From Eledone cirrhosa (Eukaryota), in contig OZ024762.1 of the NCBI GenBank assembly GCA_964016885.1, forward strand, positions 19,158,001 to 19,222,000: 64,000 bases of DNA, given 5' to 3'. Shown one piece after another: positions 19,429 through 32,854 of this stretch. The notes under the pieces are model-generated. The model ran no database searches, was not told where the DNA came from, and saw only the letters and a list, made by a program, of their open reading frames with translations. A program made the translations under genes and the position numbers. Position 1 is the first letter of the stretch. Each line of letters starts with the position of its first letter.

Positions 19429-20405
19429 TATATATGTATATATATATATTATATATGTATATATATATATTATATATGTATATATATATATTATATATGT
19501 ATATATATATATATATATTATATATGTATATATATATATATATTATATATGTATATATATATTATATATGTATATATATATATATATATATTATATATGT
19601 ATATATATATATATATTATATATGTATATATATATATATATTATATATGTATATGTATATATATATATATTATATATGTATATATATATATATATATATA
19701 TTATATATGTATATATATATATATATATATTATATATGTATATATATATATATATATATTATATATGTATATATATATATATATTATATATGTATATATA
19801 TATATATATATTATATATGTATATATATATATATATATATTATATATGTATATATATATATATATATATATTATATATGTATATATATATATATATATAT
19901 ATTATATATGAATATATATATATATATATATATTATATATGTATATATATATATATATATTATATATGTATATATATATATATATATTATATATGAATAT
20001 ATATATATATATATATTATATATGTATATATATATATATATATATTATATATGTATATATATATATATATTATATATGTATATATATATATATATATATT
20101 ATATATGTATATATATATATTATATATGTATATATATATATATATATATTATATATGTATATATATATATATATTATATATGTGTATATATATATATATA
20201 TTATATATGTATATATATATATATATTATATATGTATATATATATATTATATATGTATATATATATATATTATATATGTATATATATATATATATATATT
20301 ATATATGTATATATATATATATATATATTATATATGTATATATATATATATTATATATGTATATATATATATATATTATATATGTATATATATATATTAT
20401 ATATG

Positions 20406-20461
<56 letters not shown>

Positions 20462-20627
20462 ATATGTATATATATATTATATATGTATATATATATATTA
20501 TATATGTATATATATATTATATATGTATATATATATATATTATATATGTATATATATATTATATATGTATATATATATATATTATATATGTATATATATA
20601 TATATATGTATATATATATTATATATG

Positions 20628-20663
<36 letters not shown>

Positions 20664-20750
20664 ATATATGTATATATGTATATATATATTATATATGTAT
20701 ATATATATTATATATGTATATGTATATATATATTATATATATATATATTA

Positions 20751-20792
<42 letters not shown>

Positions 20793-20914
20793 GTATATAT
20801 ATATATCTATGTATATATATATATATTATATATGTATATATGTATATATATATTATATATGTATATATATATTATATATGTATATATATATATATATTAT
20901 ATATATATATATTA

Positions 20915-20964
<50 letters not shown>

Positions 20965-20966
20965 TA

Positions 20967-21057
<91 letters not shown>

Positions 21058-21075
21058 TATATATATATATATAAT

Positions 21076-21109
<34 letters not shown>

Positions 21110-21120
21110 ATATAGTATAT

Positions 21121-21202
<82 letters not shown>

Positions 21203-21230
21203 ATATAGTATATATATATATATAATATAT

Positions 21231-21264
<34 letters not shown>

Positions 21265-21500
21265 ATATAGTATATATATATATATATAATATAGTATATA
21301 TATATATATATAATATAGTATATATATATATATATAATATAGTATATATATATATATATAATATAGTATATATATATATATATAATATAGTATATATATA
21401 TATATATAATATAGTATATATATATATATATAATATAGTATATATATATATATATAATATAGTATATATATATATATATAATATAGTATATATATATATA
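13250..21500. repeat. ~8.2 kb compound (TA)n microsatellite with successive interruption motifs (AGA/AATATAGA, AATATAG, AA, TTATATATG, AATATAG)
   Basis: Direct inspection. Confidence 0.97.
14650..14748 (-). mobile_element. Truncated SINE family A fragment inside the microsatellite
   Basis: TTGTTTCTACTTTAGGCACAA...GGATGAAAGGCAAAGTTAACC. Confidence 0.88.
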
Positions 21501-21764
21501 GAGAGAGAGATTTGTATAAAACATATAAATATATAGTATTTTCGTGTGTATCATTAGTGTTCGGTTAGAGAATTGAGATCAGATAATACTGTTCAAAGAA
21601 TGAATAAATATATAGAAACATAAAGAAATGATGTTCACCATTGTAGAATAATGAAGATGATAATGTTCCTTTGAAACTAATAATGTTATATGTCCTGGAA
21701 ATATATGTGGGTGGAGTCGCTGTTCACCTCAAAGACTTCATTAGACCTAGATGCATGTGAATTG

Positions 21765-22435
21765 GGCGGTGAATTGACAGTCGTTAGAACGTAGTATAGA
21801 ATGATTTGCGTGGGTTTTCTACAATCTCTGAGTTCAAATTCCGCCGAGTTCGACTTTGCCTTTTCATTCATTTGAGGTCGATAAAAAAGTACCAGTCTAG
21901 TAGAATTTAACGTATATGGAAGTGGATTTGGTGGCTTATTGGCAGAGGCGTTAGAACGTCGGGTAGAATGTTTAGCTTTCTTCGTTTCGGATTTCTACAA
22001 TCTCTGTGTTCAAATCCCACCGAGGGCAACTTTGCTTTTCATCCATTTGAGATTGATAAAAAAAAAAGTACCAGTCTAGTAGAATTTAACGTATATGGAA
22101 GGGGATTTGGCGGCTTATTGACAGAGGCGTTGGAACGTCAGAATGTTTTACGGTATTAGTTTCGGCTATCTATTCTCTGAGTTCATATCCCACCGAGGGC
22201 AACTTTGCTTTTCATACATCTGAGATTGATAAAAAAAAAAAGTACCAGTCTAGTAGAATTTAACGTATATGGAAGGGGATTTGGTGGCTTATTGGCAGAA
22301 GCGTTGGAACGTCAGAATGTTTTACGGTATTAGTTTCGGCTATCTATTCTCTGAGTTCAAATCCCACCGAGGTCAACTTTGCTTTTCATCCATTTGAGTT
22401 CAATGAAAAAAAGTACCAGTCGAATACTGGGATCG
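21765..22435 (+). mobile_element. Head-to-tail array of four diverged family A SINE units (~180 bp period)
   Basis: Four GAGTTCAAAT(C/T)CC.CCGAG..CAACTTTGC.TTTCAT-like cores joined by the linker AGTACCAGTCTAGTAGAATTTAACGTATATGGAAG. Confidence 0.85.
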
Positions 22436-22743
22436 ATTCTTTCTCACTTCCATTCTATCTTTTTATCCTTCTCTGGAAGAAATCTGCTGTATTTAGACCT
22501 TGAGAGGAGATGGGTTCTGCCAGGTTTAAAAAATGCCCTAGAAACGCCGTATGTTAATACAGGGCCCCTACGACTCACTCGAGAGTTACAGGTCCATACA
22601 TGCAGGGAAATTAAACGTTAAATAACGTAGTCACGTGTAGAGATACATAGCTTAGTAATGGGGGTGTTTATCACACAGTGGTAAGATCTAAAATTATTTG
22701 CCAGCAGCACGTGTGTATGTGTAAATATATATATATATATATA

Positions 22744-22980
22744 TAGGAACCAGTAAGACCCCGACGGCTGAGCTCAAGCCGTTTCGACGGCTAATTCTGA
22801 GTCCAGAATTAGCCGTCGAAACGGCTTGAGCTCAGCCGTCGGGGTCTTACTGGTTCCTATTACCCACTCTACTATGGGTAATAGGAACGAGTAGCACCCT
22901 GACGGCTGAGCTCAAGCCGTTTCGACGGCTAATTCGAAACGGCTTGAGCTCAGCCGTCGGGGTCCTACTCGTCCTATATA
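22744..22980. mobile_element. Multi-palindromic element built from the 3' half of a hammerhead (GAAA-CGGCT-TGAGCTC-AGCCG-TC); related copies at ~39012-39071, 39113-39160, 43886-44080
   Basis: Foldbacks centred at ~22801, ~22872 and ~22933; flanked by (TA)n. Confidence 0.75.
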
Positions 22981-23290
22981 TATATAAGCATGCATGAATG
23001 AATACAGTAAGCTAGTGATTCTAACTACTCGTCACAACGAACACAACCACCAGGGTATGGTCCGAACGTGGAAGAGCCTAACTCCCACTGTCATCGCCTC
23101 CGCCTCTCTCGCCCTCCCCATCTCTCTGCATGGTGAGCAAATGGGGTCCCACGTGCTGGCCTCCCCTCAGCCCCGGCGGACAGAATGGAGAAGGCGTTTC
23201 CCTGGAGAATGGGAAGGGGGGGGGGGGGGAGATACGCTGGAAAAGCCATTCCATCTCGCGAGGCTCACACCTGCGGCTGGCCACCCCAGC

Positions 23291-23667
23291 GCCTATGGTG
23301 GTGAGTAGGGAGGTAGCCCTAGGGCCAAGGACAACAGAAGTCTCCACTGCTACAGGTAACCAGGTCTGTGCCTATGGTGGTGAGTAGGGAGGTAGCCCTA
23401 GGGCCAAGGACAACAGAAGTCTCCACTGCTACAGGTAACCAGGTTTGTGCCTATGGTGGTGAGTAGGGAGGTAGCCCTAGGGCCAAGGACAACAGAAGTC
23501 TCCACTGCTACAGGTAGCCAGGTCTGTGCCTATGGTGGTAAGTAGGGAGGTAGCCCTAGGGCCAAGGACAACAGAAGTTTCCACTGCTACAGGTAGCCAG
23601 GTCTGTGCCTATGGTGGTAAGTAGGGAGGTAGCCCTAGGGCCAAGGACAACAGAAGTCCCCACTACC
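23291..23667. repeat. 79-bp GC-rich minisatellite (~4.8 copies)
   Basis: GCCTATGGTGGT(G/A)AGTAGGGAGG... starts at 23291, 23370, 23449, 23528, 23607. Confidence 0.95.
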
Positions 23668-23884
23668 AAGGGTACGACCGCGAACCTGCTCTTAGGTTAA
23701 ATTTTCGGAGACGACGACGACTTTGTCCTTGAGCAAGACACTTTATTCCTCGTTGTTTTGTTCCAATCTACTCAACTGACAAAAAAAAAAAAAAAAACAA
23801 GAAAAACATGAGTTGTACCTGTAATTTGTTGGGGCGGCAGCCTTGACACACACTGTTTGTCACAATGATGATCAGATGATCTTT

Positions 23885-25110
23885 ATGGGGGTGGTACATA
23901 TGATGTGGCTGGAGGTGGTGCTATTGGTGGTGCTGGTGGTGGTGCTGTTGGTGGTGTTGGTGCTGTGGTGGTAGTGGTGGGGGAAGTGGTGGTGGGTATG
24001 CTAATTACGAGTGCTGTGGTAAGAGTGGTGGTTGGGGGGAGATGATGAGAGTGGGTGAAGTATTGATGACGACGTTGATATCGATGAGTGGTGATGGTGG
24101 TGGCGGTGGTAGTAATAGTGGGGTTGATGGTGGTGGTAGTGGTGGTAGTGATAGTGGGGGTTGATGGTGGTGGTAGTGGTGGTAGTGATAGTGGGGTTGA
24201 TGGTGGTGGTGGCGGTGGTAGTGATAGTGGGGGGTTGATGGTGGTGATGGTGGTAGTGGTAGCGGTGATAGTGGGGGTTGATGGTGGTGATGGTAATGAT
24301 AATGGTGGTGGTGGTGGTGGTGGTAAAGGTGGCGTTGATAATGATGATGGCAATGGTGGTGGTATGTGTGTGTGGGAGTGGTGGTGGTGGTAAAGGTGGC
24401 GATGATGATGATGATGATGGCAATGGTGGTGGTGGTGGTGACGATGATAATAATTATAATGGTAATGGTGGTGGTAAAGATGATGAAGATGGTGATGATG
24501 GTGGTTGTGGTGGTTGTGAAAGTGGGAGTTGATGGTAGTGGTGGTAGTGGTGGCGGTTGTATTAGTAGGGGGGGGGTAAATGATGGTGGTGGTTGTAGTG
24601 GGGGGGGGGGTGATATTGATTGTGGTGGTGGTGGAAAAGATAATGTTGATGATGATGATGATGACAATGGTGATGGTTGTGGCGTTGATGGTGGTGGTGG
24701 AGGTGATAATGGGGGGGGTTGATGGTGGTGGTTGTTGTTGTGGTTGTGGTGATAGTGGGAGGGGGTTGATTGGGATAGTGGGAGATGATGATGATGGTGG
24801 TGGTGATAGTGGGGGGGAGGATGGTGGTGGTGGTGATAGTGGGGGCTTGATGGTGGTGGTGATAGTGGGGAGTTGATGATGATGATGGTGGTGGTGATAG
24901 TGGGGAGTTGATGATGATGATGGTGGTGGTGATAGTGGGGTGTTGATGATGGTGGAGGTGATAGGGGGGCTGTTGTTGTTGTTGTGGTGGTGGTGATAGT
25001 GGGAGGGGGTTGATGGTGATAGTGGGAGATGATGGTAGTGGTGGTGGTGGTGATAGTGGAAAAAATAATGGTGATGATGATGATGATGATGATGATAACA
25101 GCATGGCGGT
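23885..25110. repeat. (GGT/GAT)n low-complexity tract
   Basis: Direct inspection. Confidence 0.9.
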
Positions 25111-25350
25111 GTTGGTGGCGGTGCTTATTATATTATAATTCTAGTTAGTAATCACCGTGATGGTAATGATACTCTATTGGTGATGGTGGTAGGTGTCGCC
25201 ACTGGTACATTCTGTTTCTGTATTGATTTATCTTACACCTCAAAATGTGTTGGCTCCATTAATAGAAATTCAACAAAAGACATTGAATTGAATGTCAAGA
25301 AATTTTTCCGTGATTTATTATTACCATCTTTGTCAATCTTCTTCTTCTTC

Positions 25351-25391
<41 letters not shown>

Positions 25392-25599
25392 TCTTTTTCC
25401 TTTCTTTTTCTTTCGTTATATTCCCTATCATTTCGTGTATCGATCCATTTCTATAAACCGGGTTAATTTCAGCAACAACAACCCCCCACCCCACCCCACC
25501 CCCCGCACAACATTAATTATATAAACATGTCTTTATTTCCACATTCTATTTTCAATCTATATTTCCAAATTCCATTTTTTTTTTATTCATAATTCTACG

Positions 25600-26072
25600 T
25601 TTCATTTTTAATTTGTTTCCACATTCTATATTTGAATTCACATTTCCACATGTAAATTTTTAAACAATATTTCCACATGTAAATTTTTAAACAATATTTC
25701 CACATACACATTTTTAAATACTTCCACATACAAATTTTTAAATATTTCCACATAAATTTTCATTCACATTTCCACATACATTTTCGTTCACATTTCCACA
25801 TACATTTTCGTTCACATTTCCACATATAAATTTTTAAACAATATTTCCACATACAAATTTTTAACTAATATTTCCACATATCTTTTCCTTCAAATTTCCA
25901 CATGTATTTTCATTCACATTTCTATATATATTTTCATTCAAATTTCCACATATATTTTCATTCAAATTTCCACATATCTTTTCCTTCAAATTTCCACATG
26001 TATTTTCATTCACATTTCTATATATATTTTCATTCAAATTTCCACATAAATATATATGTAATATTTCCACAT
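25600..26072. repeat. Degenerate ~24-bp minisatellite with TTTCCACAT core
   Basis: Recurrent ATTTCCACATA. Confidence 0.85.
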
Positions 26073-26079
26073 ATAAAGA

Positions 26080-26830
26080 TGGTAGATTGGTAAAATGAAT
26101 AGAGCGTCGGATAAAATGCCACTGTTGTATTTGTTCTGGTTCTTTACGTTCCGAGTTCGATCCTCGCCGAGCTCAGCTTTGCTTTTCATTCTTCCGACTG
26201 GGGTTGATGTAATCAGCAATTTCCTCCTCCGAAATTGATATCTTTGAGCTTAAATTGGATATCATTAGCAGTATCAGTAGAGGGTCGGACGCCATACTTT
26301 GCAGCAAAGAGTTACGGCCTATTATGGTCTGAGTTCAAATCCCGCCGAGGTTAACTTTGCCTTTCATCCTTACGGGGTCGATAAAATAAAGTACCAGTAA
26401 TACACTGGGGCAATAGCTGGCCTTGTGCCAAAAAGTAGAAACAATTATTATGCGGTGGATTGGCAGTATCGGTAGAGGGTCGGACGCCATGCTTTGCAGC
26501 AAAGAGTTACGGCTCTTTATGATCTGAGTTCAAATCCCGCCGAGGTTAACTTTGCCTTTCATCCTTACGGGGTCGATGAAATAAAGTACCAGTCACGCAC
26601 AGGGGTCGATTTAATCGACTTTCTCCTCCCCGGAAATTGCTGGCAAATTACTAGAAACCAGAGAGTCGGACGCCATGCTTTCTAGCATAGTTACGTCCCT
26701 TTACAGTCTGAGTTCAAATCCTGCTGAGGTTAACTTTGCCTTTCATTCTTACGGGGTCGATAAAATAAAGTACCAGTAATGTACTGGGTGATTGCTGGCC
26801 TTGTGCCTAAAGTAGAAACAATTATTATTA
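26080..26830 (+). mobile_element. Cluster of four co-oriented family A SINE copies (first one strongly diverged)
   Basis: B boxes at ~26153, 26331, 26526, 26710 each followed by the family A core. Confidence 0.88.
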
Positions 26831-27454
26831 TTGTTGATGTTGTTGTTGTTGTGAACAGACTGTGGAATCTAAACGATAACAGATTGAGATATGGTGTAAA
26901 TTTAGACTCTGATATTTTGACGGACAATTAGAGTTGGCCATTATTATTGTTGCTCTTGTTGTTGGTGTTGTTACTGTTGTTATTGTTGTTGGTGTTGTTG
27001 TTAGTGGTGGGGGTGTTTTTGTTGTTACTGTTGTTACTGTTGTTGTTGTTGTTGTTACTGTTGTTACTGTTGTTGTTGTTGTTGTTACTGTTGTTGTTGT
27101 TGTTGTTACTGTTGTTCCCATTCTTAAAACATACAAAGGAGAAATAATCTTCTCTGAAAATACAATTAAATTGAGGGAAACGAAAGAAAACAACCCACTG
27201 ACGATGATGATGATGATGATGATCGTAGTGGTGGGGATGGTGATGATAACCGTGGTGATGATGATGGTCATGGTGGTGATGATGATGATGGTGGTGGTGA
27301 TGATGATATCGTGGTGATGATGATGATGATGATTGTGGTGGTGATGATTGTGAGGGTGGTGATGGTGACGATATTGATAAGGGGAGAAGAAATAGAAGAG
27401 GATATTGGCGATGATGATGATGACAATGGTAACGATGATGAATAGAGGGAGGGG

Positions 27455-29220
27455 GATGAAGAGCGGCAGGGAAAGATAGAGGGAGTGAGAAGATGAGAGA
27501 GATGAAGAGGGGCAGGGAAAGATAGAGGGAGGGTGAAAAGAGGAGAGAGATGAAGAGAGGCAAGGAAAGATAGAGGGAGGGTGAGAAGAGGAGAGAGATG
27601 AAGAGAGGCAGGGAAAGATAGAGGGAGGGTGAGAAGAGGAGAGAGATGAAGAGAGGCAGGGAAAGATAGAGGGAGGGTGAGAAGAGGAGAGAGATGAAGA
27701 GAGGCAGGGAAAGATAGAGGGAGGGTGAGAAGAGGAGAGAGATGAAGAGAGGCAGGAAAGATAGAGGGAGGGTGAGAAGAGGAGAGATGAAGAGAGGCAA
27801 GGAAAGATGGAGGGAGGGTGAGAAGAGGAGAGAGATGAAGAGAGGCAGGGAAAGATAGAGGGAGGGTGAGAAGAGGAGAGATGAAGAGAGGCAAGGAAAG
27901 ATAGAGGGAGGGTGAAAAGAGGAGAGAGATGAAGAGAGGCAGGGAAAGATAGAGGGAGGGTGAAAAGAGGAGAGAGATGAAGAGAGGCGGGGAAAGATGG
28001 AGGGAGGATGAGAAGAGGAGAGAGATGAAGAGAGGCGGGGAAAGATAGAGGGAGGGTGAGAAGAGGGGAAAGATAGAGGGAGGGTGAGAAGAGGAGAGAG
28101 ATAAAGAGAGGCAGGGAAAGATGGAGGGAGGGTGAGAAGAGGAGAGATGAAGAGAGGCAAGGAAAGATGGAGGGAGGGTGAGAAGAGGAGAGAGATGAAG
28201 AGAGGCAGGGAAAGATGGAGGGAGGGTGAGAAGAGGGGAAAGATAGAGGGAGGGTGAGAAGAGGAGAGAGATAAAGAGAGGCAGGGAAAGATAGAGGGAG
28301 GGTGAGAAGAGGAGAGAGATGAAGAGAGGCAGGGAAAGATAGAGGGAGGGTGAGAAGAGGAGAGAGATAAAGAGAGGCAGGGAAAGATAGAGGGAGGGTG
28401 AGAAGAGGAGAGAGATAAAGAGAGGCAGGGAAAGATAGAGGGAGGGTGAGAAGAGGAGAGAGATGAAGAGAGGCAGGGAAAGATAGAGGGAGGGTGAGAA
28501 GAGGAGAGAGATGAAGAGAGGCAGGGAAAGATATCTTTCCCTGCCTCTCTTCATCTCTCTCCTCTTCTCACCCTCCCTCTATCTTTCCCTGCCTCTCTTC
28601 ATCTCTCTCCTCTTCTCACCCTCCCTCTATCTTTCCCTGCCTCTCTTTATCTCTCTCCTCTTCTCACCCTCCCTCTATCTTTCCCCTCTTCTCACCCTCC
28701 CTCTATCTTTCCCTGCCTCTCTTCATCTCTCTCCTCTTCTCACCCTCCCTCCATCTTTCCCTGCCTCTCCTCATCTCTCTCCTCTTCTCACCCTCCCTCC
28801 ATCTTTCCCTGCCTCTCTTCATCTCTCTCCTCTTCTCACCCTCCCTCCATCTTTCCCTGCCTCTCTTCATCTCTCTCCTCTTCTCACCCTCCCTCTATCT
28901 TTCCCTGCCTCTCTTCATCTCTCTCCTCTCCTCACCCTCCCTCTATCTTTCCCTGCCTCTCTTCATCTCTCTCCTCTCCTCACCCTCCCTCTATCTTTCC
29001 CTGCCTCTCTTCATCTCTCTCCTCTTCTCACCCTCCCTCTATCTTTCCTTGCCTCTCTTCATCTCTCTCCTCTTCTCACCCTCCCTCTATTGAGGAGAGA
29101 GCAGAAGAGAGGCAGATGAAAGATAGAGGGAGGGGTGAGAAGAGGAGAGAGATGAAGAGAGGCAAGGAAAGATGGAGGGAGGGAGAGGAGAGAGGCAAGG
29201 AAAGATAGAGGGAGGGTGAG
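27455..29220. repeat. 48-bp polypurine minisatellite with internal inverted segment 28533-29090
   Basis: Unit GAAGAGAGGCAGGGAAAGATAGAGGGAGGGTGAGAAGAGGAGAGAGAT; palindromic junction GGAAAGAT|ATCTTTCC at 28532/28533. Confidence 0.95.
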
Positions 29221-30568
29221 GAAGAGGATGGCAGAAGAGAAAGATGTGTATGGAGATTAGGATCGAGACTATTTGATGAAAAGAGAATAGAGGAGGAGGG
29301 GGAAGCTGAAGAGGAGGAAGAGGGGGAAGCTGATAATGGAGGTGGAGGTGGAGGAAGCTGAAGAGGAATCCATAGAAGCCAAATATATTGATGAGTTATT
29401 CCGATTGACAACACAACTGGTAGAGACCGTACAATGAAGACGTGCTAATTATTACACTTATTTATTCATTTATTCATTTGAGAGAGGGAGAGACAGAGAG
29501 GGGTGTGTAGAGAGAGATGGGGGAGACGTGGGAGGGTGGGGAGAGAAAGGGGGGTGACAGTGGTGCGAGAGTGAGGAGAAAAAAAGGGAGGTGAGAGGGT
29601 GTGACAGATTGATAGATAGAGAGGTGAGAGAGAGAGATTGGGTGGAGAGTGGGAAGAGAAAAGGAAGGTGAGAGGGTGTGACAGACAGATAGATAGATAG
29701 AGAGGTGAGAGAGAGAGAGAGTGGGTGGAGAGTGGGAAGAGAAAAGGGAGGTGAGAGATAAAGAGGGGGGGTGGGAGGAAGGGAGAAGGTGAAAGAGAAA
29801 GTGTAAGAAAAGAGGAGGAAAGATGGGAGAGAGAGTTGGGAGGTGAGTGTGTGAGACAGAGAAGGTAGGTGAGGTGAGAGGAAATGAGGTGTGAGTGACA
29901 GAAGGTAGGAGGTGAGGTGAGAGGAAGTGAGGTGTGAGAGACAGAAAGTAAGAGGGGAGGTGAGAGGGAGTGACGTGTGAGACAGAAGTTGTAAGAAAGA
30001 GGGAGAGTGTGGGACGGAAGGAGCGCTAGGGATGGAGGATGAGAGAGAGAGAAAGAAACGGGGTCAAACGTTTGACTTCTCTTGGACATTTGTCTTGATT
30101 TTCTGTTGCAGTTTATTACACTTTCTCTCAACATTTGTGTGTGTATATGTTTGACATATACATATATATAAAATATCTTTGTATGTATATATATGTTTAT
30201 CATATACATGCTTTTATATATACATATTATATATATTATATATATATATAATGTGTGTGTGTATAAAATATCTCTTTGTGTGTATATATATATATATATA
30301 TATAAAATATCTCTGTGCGTATGTATATATATATATATAAAATATCTCTGTGCGTATGTATATATATATATATATATATATAAAATATCTCTGTGCGTAT
30401 GTATATATATATATAAAATATCTCTTTGTGTATATATATATATATATATTATGGAATACTGTTGGCTTCTTGCTACAATAATATCTATACTTTTCATTTA
30501 TATATATATAGATATATATACAAAGAGATATTTTATATATATATATATACATACGCACAGAGATATTT

Positions 30569-30695
30569 CTGATGATTTATAAAGAATGAAACAGTTCTAG
30601 TCCTGTAGAATCTCATCTATATTAAAACTTTTATACTCTGCAATGTATTGAGTACCCTACTTACTGTGGTTACCTCCGATTCAACCCGGAATAAC

Positions 30696-30697
<2 letters not shown>
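30569..30697 (+). mobile_element. 5'-truncated hammerhead-type element remnant with conserved tail hairpin
   Basis: CTGATGA 30569-75, GAAA 30588-91, GTC 30600-02 (stem II degenerate, stem I lost); ACTC-TGCA-A-TGTA-TT-GAGT at 30635-30653; ends at (TA)n. Confidence 0.55.
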
Positions 30698-30753
<56 letters not shown>

Positions 30754-30901
30754 TTGCATGTGCTGAGCGGTTAGAGAATCGGATTCGCAATCGTGAGGTT
30801 GTGAGTTCGATTCCCTGACCGGGCCATGCATTATGTCCTTGAGCAAGACACTTTATTTCACGTTGCTCCTTCTGACCTGGATTTGCGACCAATAGATAGT
30901 A

Positions 30902-30966
30902 TTAGCAACTGGAAAGACCAATGGAAACATTGTTTCCTCGGTCCGATTTGACGAAAGTCGATCGTT
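30902..30966 (-). mobile_element. Helitron-like 3' terminus fragment; copies at ~35650-35714 and ~42098-42137
   Basis: Minus strand: hairpin GACCGAGG(G/A)AACA-A-TGTTTCCRTTGGTC then TTTCCARTTG-CTAR-T (CTAG intact in the 42098 copy). Confidence 0.55.
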
Positions 30967-31689
30967 AAAAATATATATCTTTGTGTGTGTTTGAGATGAT
31001 ATATAAAATGTGATATATTTATATATAGTGGGGATTTCTAAAACTTGCTGGTACTGGTTCTCAAGACAATATATGTGTATCTGTCGTAAAATTATATATA
31101 TATATATATGTGTGTGTGTAGGTCTGTGTTTGTGTGTGTATGTGTATGTGTGTGCATACTTTTAACTTGGCCTTGTGATTAAGGTGTGAGATTCCTGGTC
31201 ATAATGTCGTAGGTTCGATTCGTGGACTGGGTGAAACATTTTCTTGATCCAAATACATTATTTCACAATACACATAGCCGAGAGATACCTTTCTCCATTC
31301 TCCATTCACCATTCTCTCTCTCTCACTCTCTCTCTCCCGCTCTCCACTCTCTCTCTCCCGCTCTCCACTCTGCTTTAGTTTCTTCACTATCCCAGGATTT
31401 GAACTCCTAACACACAGACCACCGTAAGTAATACCACAAAACACTCAACCTGACCTTCTAACAACTCAGCCAATTCGCTGCCTCTTCAATAACAAACGTT
31501 TAACATTTTCTCTTCTATATTTCTCTTCTATATTTCTCCCTATATTTCTCTCTATATTTCTCCTTATCGATCTCACACCTTCAAAAATACATGCATCATT
31601 TCTTCTCTTTTGAATTCTTTCATCTTTTTCTCTAAATATAACTTAATATTTTGAACTTTGATAAATTTACATCTTCTTCAAGTTGCATT

Positions 31690-31747
31690 TGAGCCATTAC
31701 TGTAAACACTGAATCTTGATACCGTTTCAGAATCCATGTTTAGTTTT

Positions 31748-31781
<34 letters not shown>

Positions 31782-32190
31782 TTAACTGAGTATTGTCTCC
31801 GGTATATAGCTTTCATCCATATAGAGGAGATAGTTTCGAGTTAATATATCATCTCTACAGAGTAGATAGTTTATAGTATGCCCATAGCATTTGTAACTGT
31901 TGGCCGTTTGATTCCGTCAATTTGTTAATGGAGTCCAGAATTTGACAGAGAAGTCGGCAGGATATAAAGGCTTATCTATATAAATTTTCTCTCTCTTCTT
32001 ATGGGGATAAGGCTGCTTTTTATTATAGTCTTTTTATCTAGAAATTTTATTAATGTCTTCCATTTTGACATGTCGTGTTTGATATATCGTCTTAGTTTGA
32101 GGGCCGCTTCGTTTATGTACAAAGTTTTCACTGTCCTACACTGTCCTGTCAAATACTTTCATATAATCCATTCCGTTGCTTTTATTCTTT
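31690..32190 (-). pseudogene. Highly degenerate RT fragment, R4/Dong-like non-LTR element
   Basis: Minus frames: MDYMKVFDR (DY.KAFD), MSKWKTLI...IPIRR, GHTINYLLCRDDI / NYLLYMDE (HLLYMDD), with frameshifts and a (TAG)n insertion. Confidence 0.6.
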
Positions 32191-32639
32191 TACTGATCTC
32201 AAGTTATTAAACTGTAAGGCCATGCTGGGGCAACGCCTGGATATAAACAATCATATCTACCCCAATACTTATTAGACAATCATATCCACCCCGGTACTTA
32301 TTAGACTGTAAGGCCATCCTGGGGCACCACCTGGATTTAGACAATCATATCCACTCCAGAACTTATTTGACTGTAAGGTAGAAGTTCTCAAACTGTTTGG
32401 GCCACCGTCCCCCTCACGGCCATGTAATACCCTCAACTCCCCACCCCTATTTCCAGAGAGATCTCCCTACACGCAAATTGTAAATAATATATAATAAATA
32501 ATATAATATATACTATGTATAAATAAATATATATATATTTTTTAATTTTACTATAAATATATGTGTATCATTTGATATTTAATATACTATTATATCATCT
32601 CTACCGCTAATATAGTAAATGCAAAACTACATCTATTTA

Positions 32640-32832
32640 TCTATATGCTATAAAACCTTTGTGATTGTGTCTTGTCTGTAATTCAATACGGCTAAAACGG
32701 CGCATAATGGGAAAGTATTTTGAAAGGAAGTTGTCCTTAAAATGGGAATACAAATGGAATAAAACAAGTTTCGCGTAAATCGAGCACGGGTTCCCGAGAT
32801 ACGGCGTTTCTTCGGGTACCTTCATAAATAGA
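32640..32832 (-). repeat. Dispersed repeat, homologous to 35935-36110 (+)
   Basis: Shared GATTTACGCGAAAC.TGTTTTATTCCATTTGTAT.CCCATTT..TTTCCCATTATGCGCC. Confidence 0.8.
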
Positions 32833-32854
32833 GAGTAGATTGAAAGAGAGACTT

